Below are positions 20,446 to 30,512 of a DNA stretch of 64,000 bases, piece after piece. The stretch comes from Phycisphaerae bacterium (lineage in GTDB: Bacteria; Planctomycetota; Phycisphaerae; UBA1845; Fen-1342). The number at the start of each line of letters is the position of its first letter. Position 1 is the stretch's first letter. Below the pieces are notes generated by a model. It did not search any database, was not told where the DNA came from, and worked only from the letters and a program-made list of their open reading frames with translations. The stretch is from NCBI GenBank assembly GCA_963675745.2, contig CAXXWX010000019.1, positions 192,001 through 256,000 on the forward strand. Direction: 5' to 3'. The translations under genes and the position numbers were made by a program.

Positions 20446-21327
20446 TCAGTCAAACGCCTCGCCTCTGACCGGGCCAGGGGCGCAGTCGGGGAAGCGTTCG
20501 ACGAAGCGTGCCCCGCATAACGACAGGTCCGCCGGGCGTGGTTCACTCGCCGCCACGTCCAGCCTGGACACCGCCTCGAACGCCGGGTTCTCGATGCCGA
20601 GCAAATCCGCGCAGCGCGCCAGCAGATCATATCGCGACAGACGCTCCGGGCCTGCGACGTGCAGAATCCCCGTTTCCCCACTTCGCCCCAGAGCGACCAG
20701 TGCCCGAGCGGCGTCCTCGAACCAGAGGGGTGTTCGATGCTCGTCGACAAACAGTCGCAGGGGCTGGTGTGCGCGCAGGGCCGCCAACTGCGTCGCGAAC
20801 GTCGTCGGCCGGTCTGTCAGCGGCAATCCATACATCAGCGGCAGGCGTGCGACCAGCGCGCGCTCGGCGCCGGTTACCAGTTGCTCTGCGGCAAGCTTGC
20901 TGCGGCCATAGTCGCTCAGCGGTCGCGGCGGGTCAGTCTCCCGATATGGCGCCGCCGTCCCATCAAACACCATGTCGGTCGAGCCATAAACCAGCCGCGC
21001 GCCACAGGCCTCGGCAGCTTGCAGCAGGAACCGAGTCCCATCAACATTGACGCGCCGTGCGAGGTCGGGATTGGCATGCGCCTCGCCGACGGCGGTCACC
21101 GCGCCCAGATGCACAATCACCGTCGGACGAAAGGCCGCCACACTGCCCTGCACGGCACGCTTGTCGGCCAGGTCGATCCGCTCGGCGGTCATCTGCGGCG
21201 TGGCGATTGAGTGCCGGTGAGTCCAGGCCAGCAGCTTCGGTTGCGGGGTAACTCCGGACAGCAGCCGCAGAACGTATCCGCCAAGCTGCCCTGACGCCCC
21301 GGTAATCAACCAACGCTCGTCATCCAT
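20446..21327 (-). CDS. Extended SDR, RmlD (dTDP-4-dehydrorhamnose reductase)-like
   Basis: LITGASGQLG, STDMVFDG, YRETD...YGRSKL, FVDEHRTP. Confidence 0.85.
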   Translation of the reverse strand: MDDERWLITGASGQLGGYVLRLLSGVTPQPKLLAWTHRHSIATPQMTAERIDLADKRAVQGSVAAFRPTVIVHLGAVTAVGEAHANPDLARRVNVDGTRFLLQAAEACGARLVYGSTDMVFDGTAAPYRETDPPRPLSDYGRSKLAAEQLVTGAERALVARLPLMYGLPLTDRPTTFATQLAALRAHQPLRLFVDEHRTPLWFEDAARALVALGRSGETGILHVAGPERLSRYDLLARCADLLGIENPAFEAVSRLDVAASEPRPADLSLCGARFVERFPDCAPGPVRGEAFD

Positions 21328-21497
21328 GCGGCACCCCACGTGGGTCGGGTCGTCTGCATCCAACCGCGCTCCTGACGTGTATAGACTATAGCGGCCGTGC
21401 GCAATTCTGCGAACGTGGTCGGCGGATGGCCCATGGGCCGCCACGCTTCTTCGTTGGGTCGTGCGGTGGCGTAGTGCGGTATCACGCGTAGAATGCC

Positions 21498-23633
21498 ATG
21501 CCGCGGGGGCCGGTCGACTTACTCGTGCGGAGATTACCCGTGAGCAGACTCATGGTATTGGGGATCGTGACGCTGATCTGGGTTGTCAGCGGCGACGCAT
21601 TGGCGCGCGAGCCGCGCCCGGTGCGCGAAGTCCGCTCGGAAAACGAACGCTACGTCTTGCGCGTCGAGATGGGGCGTCCAACCTCGTCGAAAGCGCGCGC
21701 GGCGCGCGGGACGCTGCTTTCGCGCGGCGAGACCGGATCGACCGAGAGGCTGTGGGACAGACCGCTGGTCAACGATGTTGCGCCGCTGCACGCACTGGTG
21801 CGCGACGACGGCCGGTTTGTCATAACGCTCGACGAATACCGACGCGGCGGCGCCCGCCACGCACTTGTCATCTACGGTCCGCAAGGCGCGCTATTGCGTC
21901 ACTTCACCCTGCCCGACCTGCTCCAGCGTTCGGACTGGCCGCACGTTAGAGTGGATGGCTCCACCGTAAGCTGGCTCGATGAGGCCGAATTCACCTTTGA
22001 TGACAAGAGCCAGCAGTTTGTCATTCGCCTGAACTGGGACCGGACCATCCGCGTGGACCTGCTGACGATGCAGCTCGTCCCAGAGGGCCAGGATTCGGCG
22101 AATGCGGCCGGGGCGGGCATCCCGGCGAACGCGCTCGTGGCGATTTACGACAGTGACCCAGCGGCACTGGCCAAGCGATCCGGCGTGACGCCGTCGCCGC
22201 CGACCGCCGAAACGCCGGCCGCCGTGGGCGAGGAAGCCGACGATGGCGCAGCCGAAGTTGAGCCGCCCGTCGTGGACCCGGCTGACAGCGATGCCCACCA
22301 GCCGGACGAAGCTGCCTCAGACGCCGAGCCCGATCAACCCGCCAAGTCTCCAGAACCACCCGAGTTTGAATCGGCGGGTTTCCAGAACATCCCGGCCCCC
22401 AACCCGGACCAGCCGACCGATTATGTGTCGTGGATGAATGATCAGGTACGCGGCGAAAGCGCGCCCGGCGCCTCGACCTACAACGAAGCTGTCGGACTTT
22501 ATCAGGGCTGGGAAGGATCGGCTGACCTCATCAGGGCCGCGACGAAGGGTGATCCCGCCGTCCTGACCAACCCCGACCTCAAAACCTGGCTTGACCGGAA
22601 TCAGATCGCGATTGCCCGCTTCCGCGAGGCCGCACGCGCCCCGCACGCCGGCTTTGAATACCACGCCGACAAGAGCGGGGCGGCAATCTCGGTGGTGTTG
22701 CCCCACCTGTCGCCCATTCGCAATCTGGCGCGGGCGACCATCGTCGCCGGAAAGCTGCACGAATCAAAGGGGGAGGTCAACCAGGCGGTCGACGCCTATC
22801 TCGATGTGACCGCCGCCGGCGCTCACGCCAGCCGGGGCATTACTTTGATCGAGAACCTCGTGGGAATCGCGATGCAATCGCTGGGCCATAAGGCCTTGCT
22901 GGATGCGTACGCGGCGCCCAACGCCGACGAGATCGACTATGTCAGCATCGCCCGGCGTATGAGCTCGCCACAAATGGCCCTGCGCCCGATGAAAGAGGCT
23001 GTGGCGGCCGAACACGCCTTTGCGCTCGACATGCTCCAACGGGTGTTCAAGCGTGACGAAACCAGCGGCCGTTACGTCGCAAGCGGCGGCATGGTTGGGG
23101 AGGTGTTGGCATACATGGCGGCAGAAACTGACACGGAGGAGGATGAGGTGTTTCGACAGGCGATCGGCAACGTTGACTACGATGTGACGCTCGCTGAACT
23201 AAACACCTATTATGACGGCCTTTCCGTTGCCGCCGAACTGCCCTACGATCAGGCGCGCGAACTGCTGGCGGACATTGAAAGTCAGGTTAGCGGTCCCGAC
23301 AGCAACCCCGTGCTCAGAATGTTCGTACCGGAGTTCACCCGCGCCTACTTCGTCCGCGCGCGGGCTGACACTCAGGAGCGCGGCGCGCATCTGCTCACCG
23401 AGCTGCGCGCCTATCGCCAGGAGCACGGGGCCTACCCGAAGTCTCTCGACGTCTTCGGCGACCGCGACTTTGTGTTCGATCCACTCACCGGCGCCTCGTT
23501 CGTATACCGGCGCGACGGTGACGATATCACGCTGTATTCGCTCGGCGTCGATGGAATCGACAGCGGCGGCGTACATGACAAGAGCGGCGAACGCAGCGAC
23601 TACGTAATCTGGCCACGCCCGGATGATGAGTAG
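21498..23633 (+). CDS. Hypothetical secreted protein; acidic Pro-rich linker, helical domain and GspG-like C-terminus
   Basis: Long GC3-biased ORF; signal-like N-terminus (true start may be 21552); C-terminal AYRQEHGAYPKSL..DPLTG..Y..LYSLGVDGID. Confidence 0.65.
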   Translation: MPRGPVDLLVRRLPVSRLMVLGIVTLIWVVSGDALAREPRPVREVRSENERYVLRVEMGRPTSSKARAARGTLLSRGETGSTERLWDRPLVNDVAPLHALVRDDGRFVITLDEYRRGGARHALVIYGPQGALLRHFTLPDLLQRSDWPHVRVDGSTVSWLDEAEFTFDDKSQQFVIRLNWDRTIRVDLLTMQLVPEGQDSANAAGAGIPANALVAIYDSDPAALAKRSGVTPSPPTAETPAAVGEEADDGAAEVEPPVVDPADSDAHQPDEAASDAEPDQPAKSPEPPEFESAGFQNIPAPNPDQPTDYVSWMNDQVRGESAPGASTYNEAVGLYQGWEGSADLIRAATKGDPAVLTNPDLKTWLDRNQIAIARFREAARAPHAGFEYHADKSGAAISVVLPHLSPIRNLARATIVAGKLHESKGEVNQAVDAYLDVTAAGAHASRGITLIENLVGIAMQSLGHKALLDAYAAPNADEIDYVSIARRMSSPQMALRPMKEAVAAEHAFALDMLQRVFKRDETSGRYVASGGMVGEVLAYMAAETDTEEDEVFRQAIGNVDYDVTLAELNTYYDGLSVAAELPYDQARELLADIESQVSGPDSNPVLRMFVPEFTRAYFVRARADTQERGAHLLTELRAYRQEHGAYPKSLDVFGDRDFVFDPLTGASFVYRRDGDDITLYSLGVDGIDSGGVHDKSGERSDYVIWPRPDDE

Positions 23634-23635
23634 CC

Positions 23636-23920
23636 GGCAGGTCAGCGGTCAGCGGTTAGAGGTCAGAGGTTAGCGGTCAGGGGTTAGCGGTCAGTGGTCG
23701 GCGGTCAGCGGTTGGTGGTTGGCGGTTGGTGGTTGGCGGTCGGTTTGGGGGATTGGTCTCCGGTGGATCAGTTTGCGCGGGTGTTGTTTCTTTGTGCTGA
23801 GATTCGAGATCTGAGATTTGAGATCCGAGATCTGAGATTTGAGATCTGAGATCTGAGATCTGAACACTTAACACTTAACACTTAACTCTGAACTCTGAAC
23901 ACTGAACTCTGAAAACTGAC
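23636..23920. repeat. Three consecutive heptamer tandem arrays: (GGTYRGC)n, (GAGATYT)n, (AACACTT/AACTCTG)n
   Basis: Read directly at about 23636-23745, 23798-23862 and 23863-23920, between convergent genes. Confidence 0.92.
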
Positions 23921-23929
23921 CACGGAAAA

Positions 23930-24529
23930 CTACACCAGCCTGCAAACGGCGATCTGGTAAATCTCGCGTCCTTCGCGCAGGTACTTGACTTCGAAATTCG
24001 TCTGCAAACCCGCTTGTCCGACGCCGAATTCCGGATCGTCGAATGGCACCTGTTCTAGCCGCTCGTGAGCGGACAACAGCGACTCGATCTGCTGGAAGTA
24101 TTCCGCGTGATCCGTCTGTACCGCCCAGCGCCCGCCGGGGATCAGGCAATCAACCGCCGCGTCAACGAACGGCTGCTGAATCAGCCGCCGCTTGTGGTGA
24201 CGCTTTTTCGGCCACGGGTCGGGGTGGTACACGTGCAGGGCGGTCAGTGAATCGCGCGGGCAGACCACGCGAATGAAATACGCCGCGTCGGTGCGCAGCA
24301 TCCTGACGTTGCCGACACCCCAACGGCGCATGCGATCGACGGCAAACTTGTAGAACTCGTTAGCCCACTCGATCCCCAGAAAGTCGCGTTCGGGGTGTGC
24401 TCGCGCGCGGTCGAGCAGAAAGCCGGCCTTGCCCGTGCCGATCTCGAGCTCCAGCGGCGCCGCGCGCGGGAAAACACGTTCCCAGGCGAAGTCCTCCAGC
24501 TCGCTCGGTTCAATGGCGATCGGAATCAC
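23930..24529 (-). CDS. trmB: tRNA (guanine-N7)-methyltransferase
   Basis: LEIGTGKAGF, FLGIE, HVYHPDPWPKKRHHKRRL, QTDHAEYF, TNFEVKY. Start is GTG at 24529 or 24535. Confidence 0.93.
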   Translation of the reverse strand: MIPIAIEPSELEDFAWERVFPRAAPLELEIGTGKAGFLLDRARAHPERDFLGIEWANEFYKFAVDRMRRWGVGNVRMLRTDAAYFIRVVCPRDSLTALHVYHPDPWPKKRHHKRRLIQQPFVDAAVDCLIPGGRWAVQTDHAEYFQQIESLLSAHERLEQVPFDDPEFGVGQAGLQTNFEVKYLREGREIYQIAVCRLV

Positions 24530-24665
24530 GCTCACAACGCCACACACTATCAGACATTGGTCTCGAAAACAGCCGTGACTGAAGGACGCCCGGCCCGATA
24601 CCGATGACAGGCACAGCCGCACGGCTCGGCGTCGGCATGAGACTATATGTAGGGCAAGATCTGGC

Positions 24666-25145
24666 ATGCCGCAACCATCCACAAATACCCGCGAACGTCG
24701 CGACGGCCCGCGACGCACAACCGCGTTTGCGTTCTGGGTGCACAACGGGGAGCACGGCGATCCGCGCGGGGCCTGGATGCTGAACATCGGCCCGCACGGG
24801 GGTGCGTTTCTGCTGGCCAGTGACCAGCGGCCCGCCGTCGGCCAGCGGCTCGAACTCTCGGAAATGCACACTTCGTCGCGCGTCGTGCGCGAAGGAGCCT
24901 GCTCGCTACCCTGCCACGCCGAGGTGGTGCGCGTGGAGTCCGGGGAGTCGCTGACCTGCCAGATTGCCGTCCGATTCGCGGATCAATCACCGATCGCCGG
25001 CGGAACAGCCCCCCGAGACCGTGACAACGTGGCCGTTACCCCTCGATCGTTGCCGGCCGCCGCCCTGAGCGTCCCACCATTCGGTTTGCCGGCCGACACC
25101 CCACGCGCGCAGACCGCAAACGCAACCACAACGCTCCGCCCCTGA
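24666..25145 (+). CDS. PilZ-domain (c-di-GMP binding) protein
   Basis: ERRDGPR (RxxxR) and NIGPHGG (D/NxSxxG variant) motifs; C-terminal AEVVRV..IAVRF. Confidence 0.7.
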   Translation: MPQPSTNTRERRDGPRRTTAFAFWVHNGEHGDPRGAWMLNIGPHGGAFLLASDQRPAVGQRLELSEMHTSSRVVREGACSLPCHAEVVRVESGESLTCQIAVRFADQSPIAGGTAPRDRDNVAVTPRSLPAAALSVPPFGLPADTPRAQTANATTTLRP

Positions 25146-25172
25146 GCGCCTTGCCCCTTCTCGCAGCCCCCG

Positions 25173-25212
25173 CTCCCTGTTCCCCGTTCCCTGTTCCCTG
25201 TTCCCTGCCCTC
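25173..25212. repeat. Heptamer tandem array (TTCCCTG)n
   Basis: ctccctg ttccccg ttccctg ttccctg ttccctg upstream of cysK. Confidence 0.85.
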
Positions 25213-25282
25213 TACACCCCCGTCCCATCCCGCGCATAACATACAGGGTGAGTAAACCGCAGGGACCGACTGGGAGATTGTC

Positions 25283-26230
<948 letters not shown>

Positions 26231-26242
26231 GACAGGGGCAAC

Positions 26243-26860
26243 ATGACGCATCAGAAAGCCACAAACATCACCTGGCACGAGGGCCACGTCGAACGAAAGG
26301 ACCGCAACAAACTGCTCAAACAGACCGGCGCCACCATCTGGTTCACCGGTCTGAGCGCCTCAGGCAAGAGCACCATCGCGTTTACGCTCGAACACGCGCT
26401 CATCGAGCGCGGACACCTGGCCTACGCACTGGATGGCGACAACATCCGCCACGGGCTCAACAAGAACCTAGGCTTCTCGCCCGAAGATCGCAACGAGAAC
26501 ATCCGCCGTATCGGCGAGGTCGCCAAGCTCTTCGCTGATACGGGCGTGCTCGCGTTGACGAGCTTCATCAGCCCGTATCGCGCGGACCGCGATCAGGCGC
26601 GCACGCTTCATGAAGAGGCCGGGTTGAAGTTCGTCGAAGTCTTTGTGAAGGCTTCCGTCGAGCTTTGCGAGCAGCGCGATCCCAAAGGGCTCTACAAGAA
26701 GGCCCGCGCCGGCGAGATCCCCGAGTTCACCGGCGTCTCGGCGCCGTACGAAGAGCCGCTCAAACCCGAGGTTGTGCTCGACGTCAGCGCGCTCTCGCCC
26801 CAGGAAGCCGCCGCGCAGTTGATCGACTATCTTGAAGAGCAGGGCCTGTTAAAGGCCTGA
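26243..26860 (+). CDS. cysC: Adenylyl-sulfate kinase
   Basis: [46 protein letters not shown]. Confidence 0.97.
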   Translation: MTHQKATNITWHEGHVERKDRNKLLKQTGATIWFTGLSASGKSTIAFTLEHALIERGHLAYALDGDNIRHGLNKNLGFSPEDRNENIRRIGEVAKLFADTGVLALTSFISPYRADRDQARTLHEEAGLKFVEVFVKASVELCEQRDPKGLYKKARAGEIPEFTGVSAPYEEPLKPEVVLDVSALSPQEAAAQLIDYLEEQGLLKA

Positions 26861-26908
26861 TGGCTGTTCATCCACAGCGGTTTCAAGAGAATCCTGCCAC
26901 CACGCGGT

Positions 26909-26933
26909 GTGCCACGGCTCTGTGAGCCGTGTC
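26909..26933. terminator. Hairpin (cacggctc-tgt-gagccgtg) between convergent cysC and HIT genes; REP-like or terminator
   Basis: 8-bp perfect stem; no U-tract. Confidence 0.5.
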
Positions 26934-26964
26934 ATGCTTGGCGGCCGCGCCGCTGCGCGGTGCT

Positions 26965-27483
26965 TTAATCGCGCGGCAGGCCCAGCTTCGCGGCACTGGC
27001 CCGGAGTCTCTCCGCCGTTCGTGTGAGCGCTTCGGGCACGACCTTCACGTCGGCCAGCACGGCCATGTAGTTAACGTCGCCCGCCCAGCGCGGCACGACA
27101 TGGCAGTGCAGATGATCGGGCAGGCCCGCCCCCGCGCAGTGGCCGAGATTAAAGCCGACGTTAAAGCCCTGGGCGTTTACGGCGTGTGCGAGCACCAGCT
27201 TGGCGTCGCGCACGCGGTGCAACAGCTCGAGCAACTCGTCATCCGCCAGGTCTTCGAGTGACGCGCCATGCCGCAGCGGCGCCACCATCAGGTGTCCGTT
27301 GCTGTAGGGGAAGCGGTTCAACGCCACGATCGTGCGCGGACCACGCCACAATACATGGTTTTTTGCGTCGGCCTCGGCATGGTCGCGGTAGTGGCAAAGA
27401 AAACACGCGGGCGCATCATCCGCCAGCGTCCGGATATATTCCATGCGCCACGGCGCCCAAAGATTCTCCTGGAATTCGCTCAT
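26965..27483 (-). CDS. HIT-family protein (Ap4A phosphorylase type)
   Basis: LWAPWRMEYI, CFLC, LNRFPYSNGHLM, GAGLPDHLHCHVVPRW. Confidence 0.92.
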   Translation of the reverse strand: MSEFQENLWAPWRMEYIRTLADDAPACFLCHYRDHAEADAKNHVLWRGPRTIVALNRFPYSNGHLMVAPLRHGASLEDLADDELLELLHRVRDAKLVLAHAVNAQGFNVGFNLGHCAGAGLPDHLHCHVVPRWAGDVNYMAVLADVKVVPEALTRTAERLRASAAKLGLPRD

Positions 27484-27493
27484 ACGGCGTTCG

Positions 27494-28735
27494 CTATCTG
27501 GTATCGCCGACGTAACCCGTGTTCTGCACGTGCGGCAGTACACGAATGCGCTGCGTTGCGCGAAACTCCCGGTTATCCGAGGTTACCACCAGCAGGCCCA
27601 GGGCATGCTCGCCGGCGGTGGTAAGTGTTCGTTGGCCATTGACGCTCGTCGCGATCGGGTCACCATCCAGCGTCCAGAGGAAACTCGCCGTCTCGTACCA
27701 ATCGGAAGGGCACACAGCCCAGAAACCCAGGTGCAACGGCTCGATGCCGATCGCGGATGATACGCGGATAGATACGGATCGTGGCGGTGTGCTCACGCGA
27801 GACGGCGGCGTCGTACGTCGGCTGGGCGGCTGCACACGGCCACCCGCCGGTGCTGAAGCGTGCTGGGGCGTGGGTGAGGTCTGAGGCTGCCGCACCGTCG
27901 GCATACGCCCGGAAAGAAAGGCCAGCCCTTCAGCGTTTCCATCAATGGCCTGGCGGCGCACGAGTGTTTGAGAGGGGGTGCTGGGCGAGACCTTGGCGAC
28001 GCGCCCGAAGAAGTCCGCGGCCAGCTCGGGCGTCCGTTCATGCCCCAGCCCCTTGATGAACACCCAGGCGAAATTCTGAAACCCGTGCGACTGGTACCAG
28101 CGGATCGCCTGCTGCGACTCGCGCTTGCAGATGGCGAAGTCGTTCTCGGTGATCAGCACGAGGACCGGGTGGTAGCGCGAGCGCGGGGCCAGCGCGTCAT
28201 CCATCAGCGGCGCCGAGTAATTGGCCTGCCGCGCCGCAAGCGCTGTGAATACGTCGGGATGTTGGTTCACCATGTAATGCGCCATGTAGCCGCCCGAAGA
28301 AAAGCCGGTGGCCAGCACATTATTCCTGTCGGCGGCGGTGTTGGTGAAGACCTGGTCGAGAATGTCGAGCACGGTGTGCTCGTCGAGCTTGAACCAAGGG
28401 TGTTTGGTGCGGATGGGGAACTCGGCGAGCACATCCATCGACGCCAACTCGGGCGAGACCACGATAAACCCATAGCGGTCCGCCTCGCGTTCCCATTCGT
28501 GCGCCTGCGACGTGGCGTTGTCGAAGGGACGCATGCCATGAAAAGTGACGACCAGGGGCCATCTGCGGGCGGCGCGTTCGGCGTCGTCGGCCGCCACGTA
28601 GTCCTTGGGCAGGTATAGCCAGTATTTGCGCTGCGACTTGGGTTCGATGAGGCGCCGCTGCTGGCCGTCCCCGCGCGGCTGCGGAACCGCGCAGCCCATC
28701 GGCAGGGTGAGTGCCAGGGCGGCGAGCGCATACAT
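27494..28735 (-). CDS. Lipoprotein esterase (PHB depolymerase-like alpha/beta hydrolase) with C-terminal PKD-like domain
   Basis: Lipobox LPMGC; PLVVTFHG, TGFSSGG nucleophile elbow, GLGH; C-terminal GIEPLHL..FLWTLDG. Start uncertain. Confidence 0.72.
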   Translation of the reverse strand: MYALAALALTLPMGCAVPQPRGDGQQRRLIEPKSQRKYWLYLPKDYVAADDAERAARRWPLVVTFHGMRPFDNATSQAHEWEREADRYGFIVVSPELASMDVLAEFPIRTKHPWFKLDEHTVLDILDQVFTNTAADRNNVLATGFSSGGYMAHYMVNQHPDVFTALAARQANYSAPLMDDALAPRSRYHPVLVLITENDFAICKRESQQAIRWYQSHGFQNFAWVFIKGLGHERTPELAADFFGRVAKVSPSTPSQTLVRRQAIDGNAEGLAFLSGRMPTVRQPQTSPTPQHASAPAGGRVQPPSRRTTPPSRVSTPPRSVSIRVSSAIGIEPLHLGFWAVCPSDWYETASFLWTLDGDPIATSVNGQRTLTTAGEHALGLLVVTSDNREFRATQRIRVLPHVQNTGYVGDTR

Positions 28736-29088
28736 TGTCCAAGTCGCCGCCCCGCGGCAACCTCCATGTTGCCCAGCCGCGCGTGGTTTGATCAATGTGC
28801 TCAAGCTCCTCTGCGTTTGAACCGCCCCGCCGATGGTCGCTGGCGCATCCAGGTACGGGGAACCTCCACAACATTGTAGCGTCGGCGATCCGCGCGCCAA
28901 AACCCGCCAGACGGGCTAAAAACGCGCACAGACCGCGTCACACCGCCCATCAAGCCGAAACGCGGACTGACATCAGGGGGCATTCGTCGCGCCCGAGAGC
29001 CACATCAGCGCGTCCAAGCGGCGGCAACGAGGCCACGCCGTGCGCAATACCGCGTTTGTGGATTCTCGATTCCCGGAGGCGATGCCCC

Positions 29089-29094
29089 TATAAT
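29089..29094 (+). promoter_or_regulatory. Putative -10 box (TATAAT) for cmk-plsC
   Basis: Consensus TATAAT about 50 nt upstream of the cmk ATG in a GC-rich background. Confidence 0.45.
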
Positions 29095-29144
29095 CACGCC
29101 CCACTGGCCAACATGTTCATACACAGGGTAGCCACCAAACAGCC

Positions 29145-29828
29145 ATGATTATCACGATCGATGGACCGGCGGGAGCTGGAAAAACAACCACGGCGCGGCG
29201 CCTTGCCGAGCGACTGGGCATCCCCTACCTCGACACCGGCGCGATGTACCGCGTCGTAACACTCGCAGCGCTCAGCGACGGTATCGATCTGGCCGACGAG
29301 GAAGCCCTCACGCGCACCGCGGCGCGCGATGATTACGATTTACAGCTCAAGTCCGACGGCATTCGCGTGCAACTCCGCGGCCGCGACGTAACTGACGCAA
29401 TCCGTACCATGCGCGTAAACGACCACACGCGCTACATTGCCGGATCGCCCGGCGTGCGCCGGTTGCTTATCGAGAAGCAGCGCAGCATTGCGGAGCGCGT
29501 CGGTTCGCTGGTAACAGAGGGTCGTGATCAGGGCACCGCCGCCTTTCCCGAGGCCGACGTGAAGTTCTTCATCCTGGCGGACCTTGATACGCGTGGCCGG
29601 CGCCGCCTGGATGAATTAAGCGACGCCCGGAACGTAACTCTTGAGGAGGTAAAGGGGAACCTGGCCCAGCGTGACCGCACTGACGCCGGCCGGCCGGTCG
29701 CCCCACTGGTCAAGCCCGACGACGCCATCGAGATCGACACCTCGCATCTGCCGGTCGAAGCCGTCGTCGAGACGATGCTCTCGCACCTGCGGCGTGCGGG
29801 ACTCTGGCAGGTGGAGAAACAGCCGTGA
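29145..29828 (+). CDS. cmk: Cytidylate kinase
   Basis: ITIDGPAGAGKTT, LDTGAMYR, VTEGRDQGT, RDRTD..R.VAPL. Confidence 0.96.
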   Translation: MIITIDGPAGAGKTTTARRLAERLGIPYLDTGAMYRVVTLAALSDGIDLADEEALTRTAARDDYDLQLKSDGIRVQLRGRDVTDAIRTMRVNDHTRYIAGSPGVRRLLIEKQRSIAERVGSLVTEGRDQGTAAFPEADVKFFILADLDTRGRRRLDELSDARNVTLEEVKGNLAQRDRTDAGRPVAPLVKPDDAIEIDTSHLPVEAVVETMLSHLRRAGLWQVEKQP

Positions 29829-30469
29829 GCCGCATGCGGCCGCATTATCGCATTGGCCGCCGCATCTGCCACTGCGTGTTCACGACACTGCTGCGGGGGC
29901 GCACGTTTGGTGTCCGCAACGTGCCGGTTGAGGGCGGGGTGCTGCTGGTCTGCAACCACCAGAGCTTCCTGGACCCGATGCTGGCGACGCTGGCGCTGCC
30001 GCGGGAATGCTGTTACATGGCGCGCGATTCGCTGTTCAGGAACGAGACGTTCGCCAGGCTCATCCGAGCGTTCAACGCGTTTCCCATCAAACGTGGCACC
30101 GCAGATCTGAAAGGTATCAGGGAGGCGCTACAGCGCCTGAAGGCGGGCATGCTGGTCACCGCGTTTCCCGAAGGCACGCGCACGCTGGACGGGAGTGTTG
30201 GCCCGATGCATGCCGGTACGATTCTCATGTCGCGCCGGGCCAAAGTGCCGGTCGTGCCGGCGACCATCCTGGGGGCGTACAAGGCCTGGCCGCGACACGC
30301 CAGGTTTCCCCGGCCGGTGCCGATCATCGTCTCATATGGCGAGCCACTATGGCCCGCGCAGGCCGCCGAGCTCAGCGATGAGCAGGCCATCACAGTGGTT
30401 CGCGACCGTATCGTGGACATGTATGAGCGCTATCGGCGCCACCCGTTGCTCGCGCACGGAGGCCGGTGA
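29825..30469 (+). CDS. plsC: 1-acyl-sn-glycerol-3-phosphate acyltransferase
   Basis: NHQSFLD, FPEGTRT motifs; GTGA overlap with cmk. Confidence 0.9.
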   Translation: MSRMRPHYRIGRRICHCVFTTLLRGRTFGVRNVPVEGGVLLVCNHQSFLDPMLATLALPRECCYMARDSLFRNETFARLIRAFNAFPIKRGTADLKGIREALQRLKAGMLVTAFPEGTRTLDGSVGPMHAGTILMSRRAKVPVVPATILGAYKAWPRHARFPRPVPIIVSYGEPLWPAQAAELSDEQAITVVRDRIVDMYERYRRHPLLAHGGR

Positions 30470-30512
30470 GCCCCGCGGCGCCTCAATTCGCTGGTTAGTG
30501 CGCGCTGACGAG

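Noticed and set aside
23677..23874. 65-aa ORF with QISDLRS repeats
   Set aside because: Translation of the heptamer arrays; no RBS or coding evidence.
23636..23920. Possible CRISPR array
   Set aside because: Contiguous 7-bp units with no unique spacers and no cas genes.
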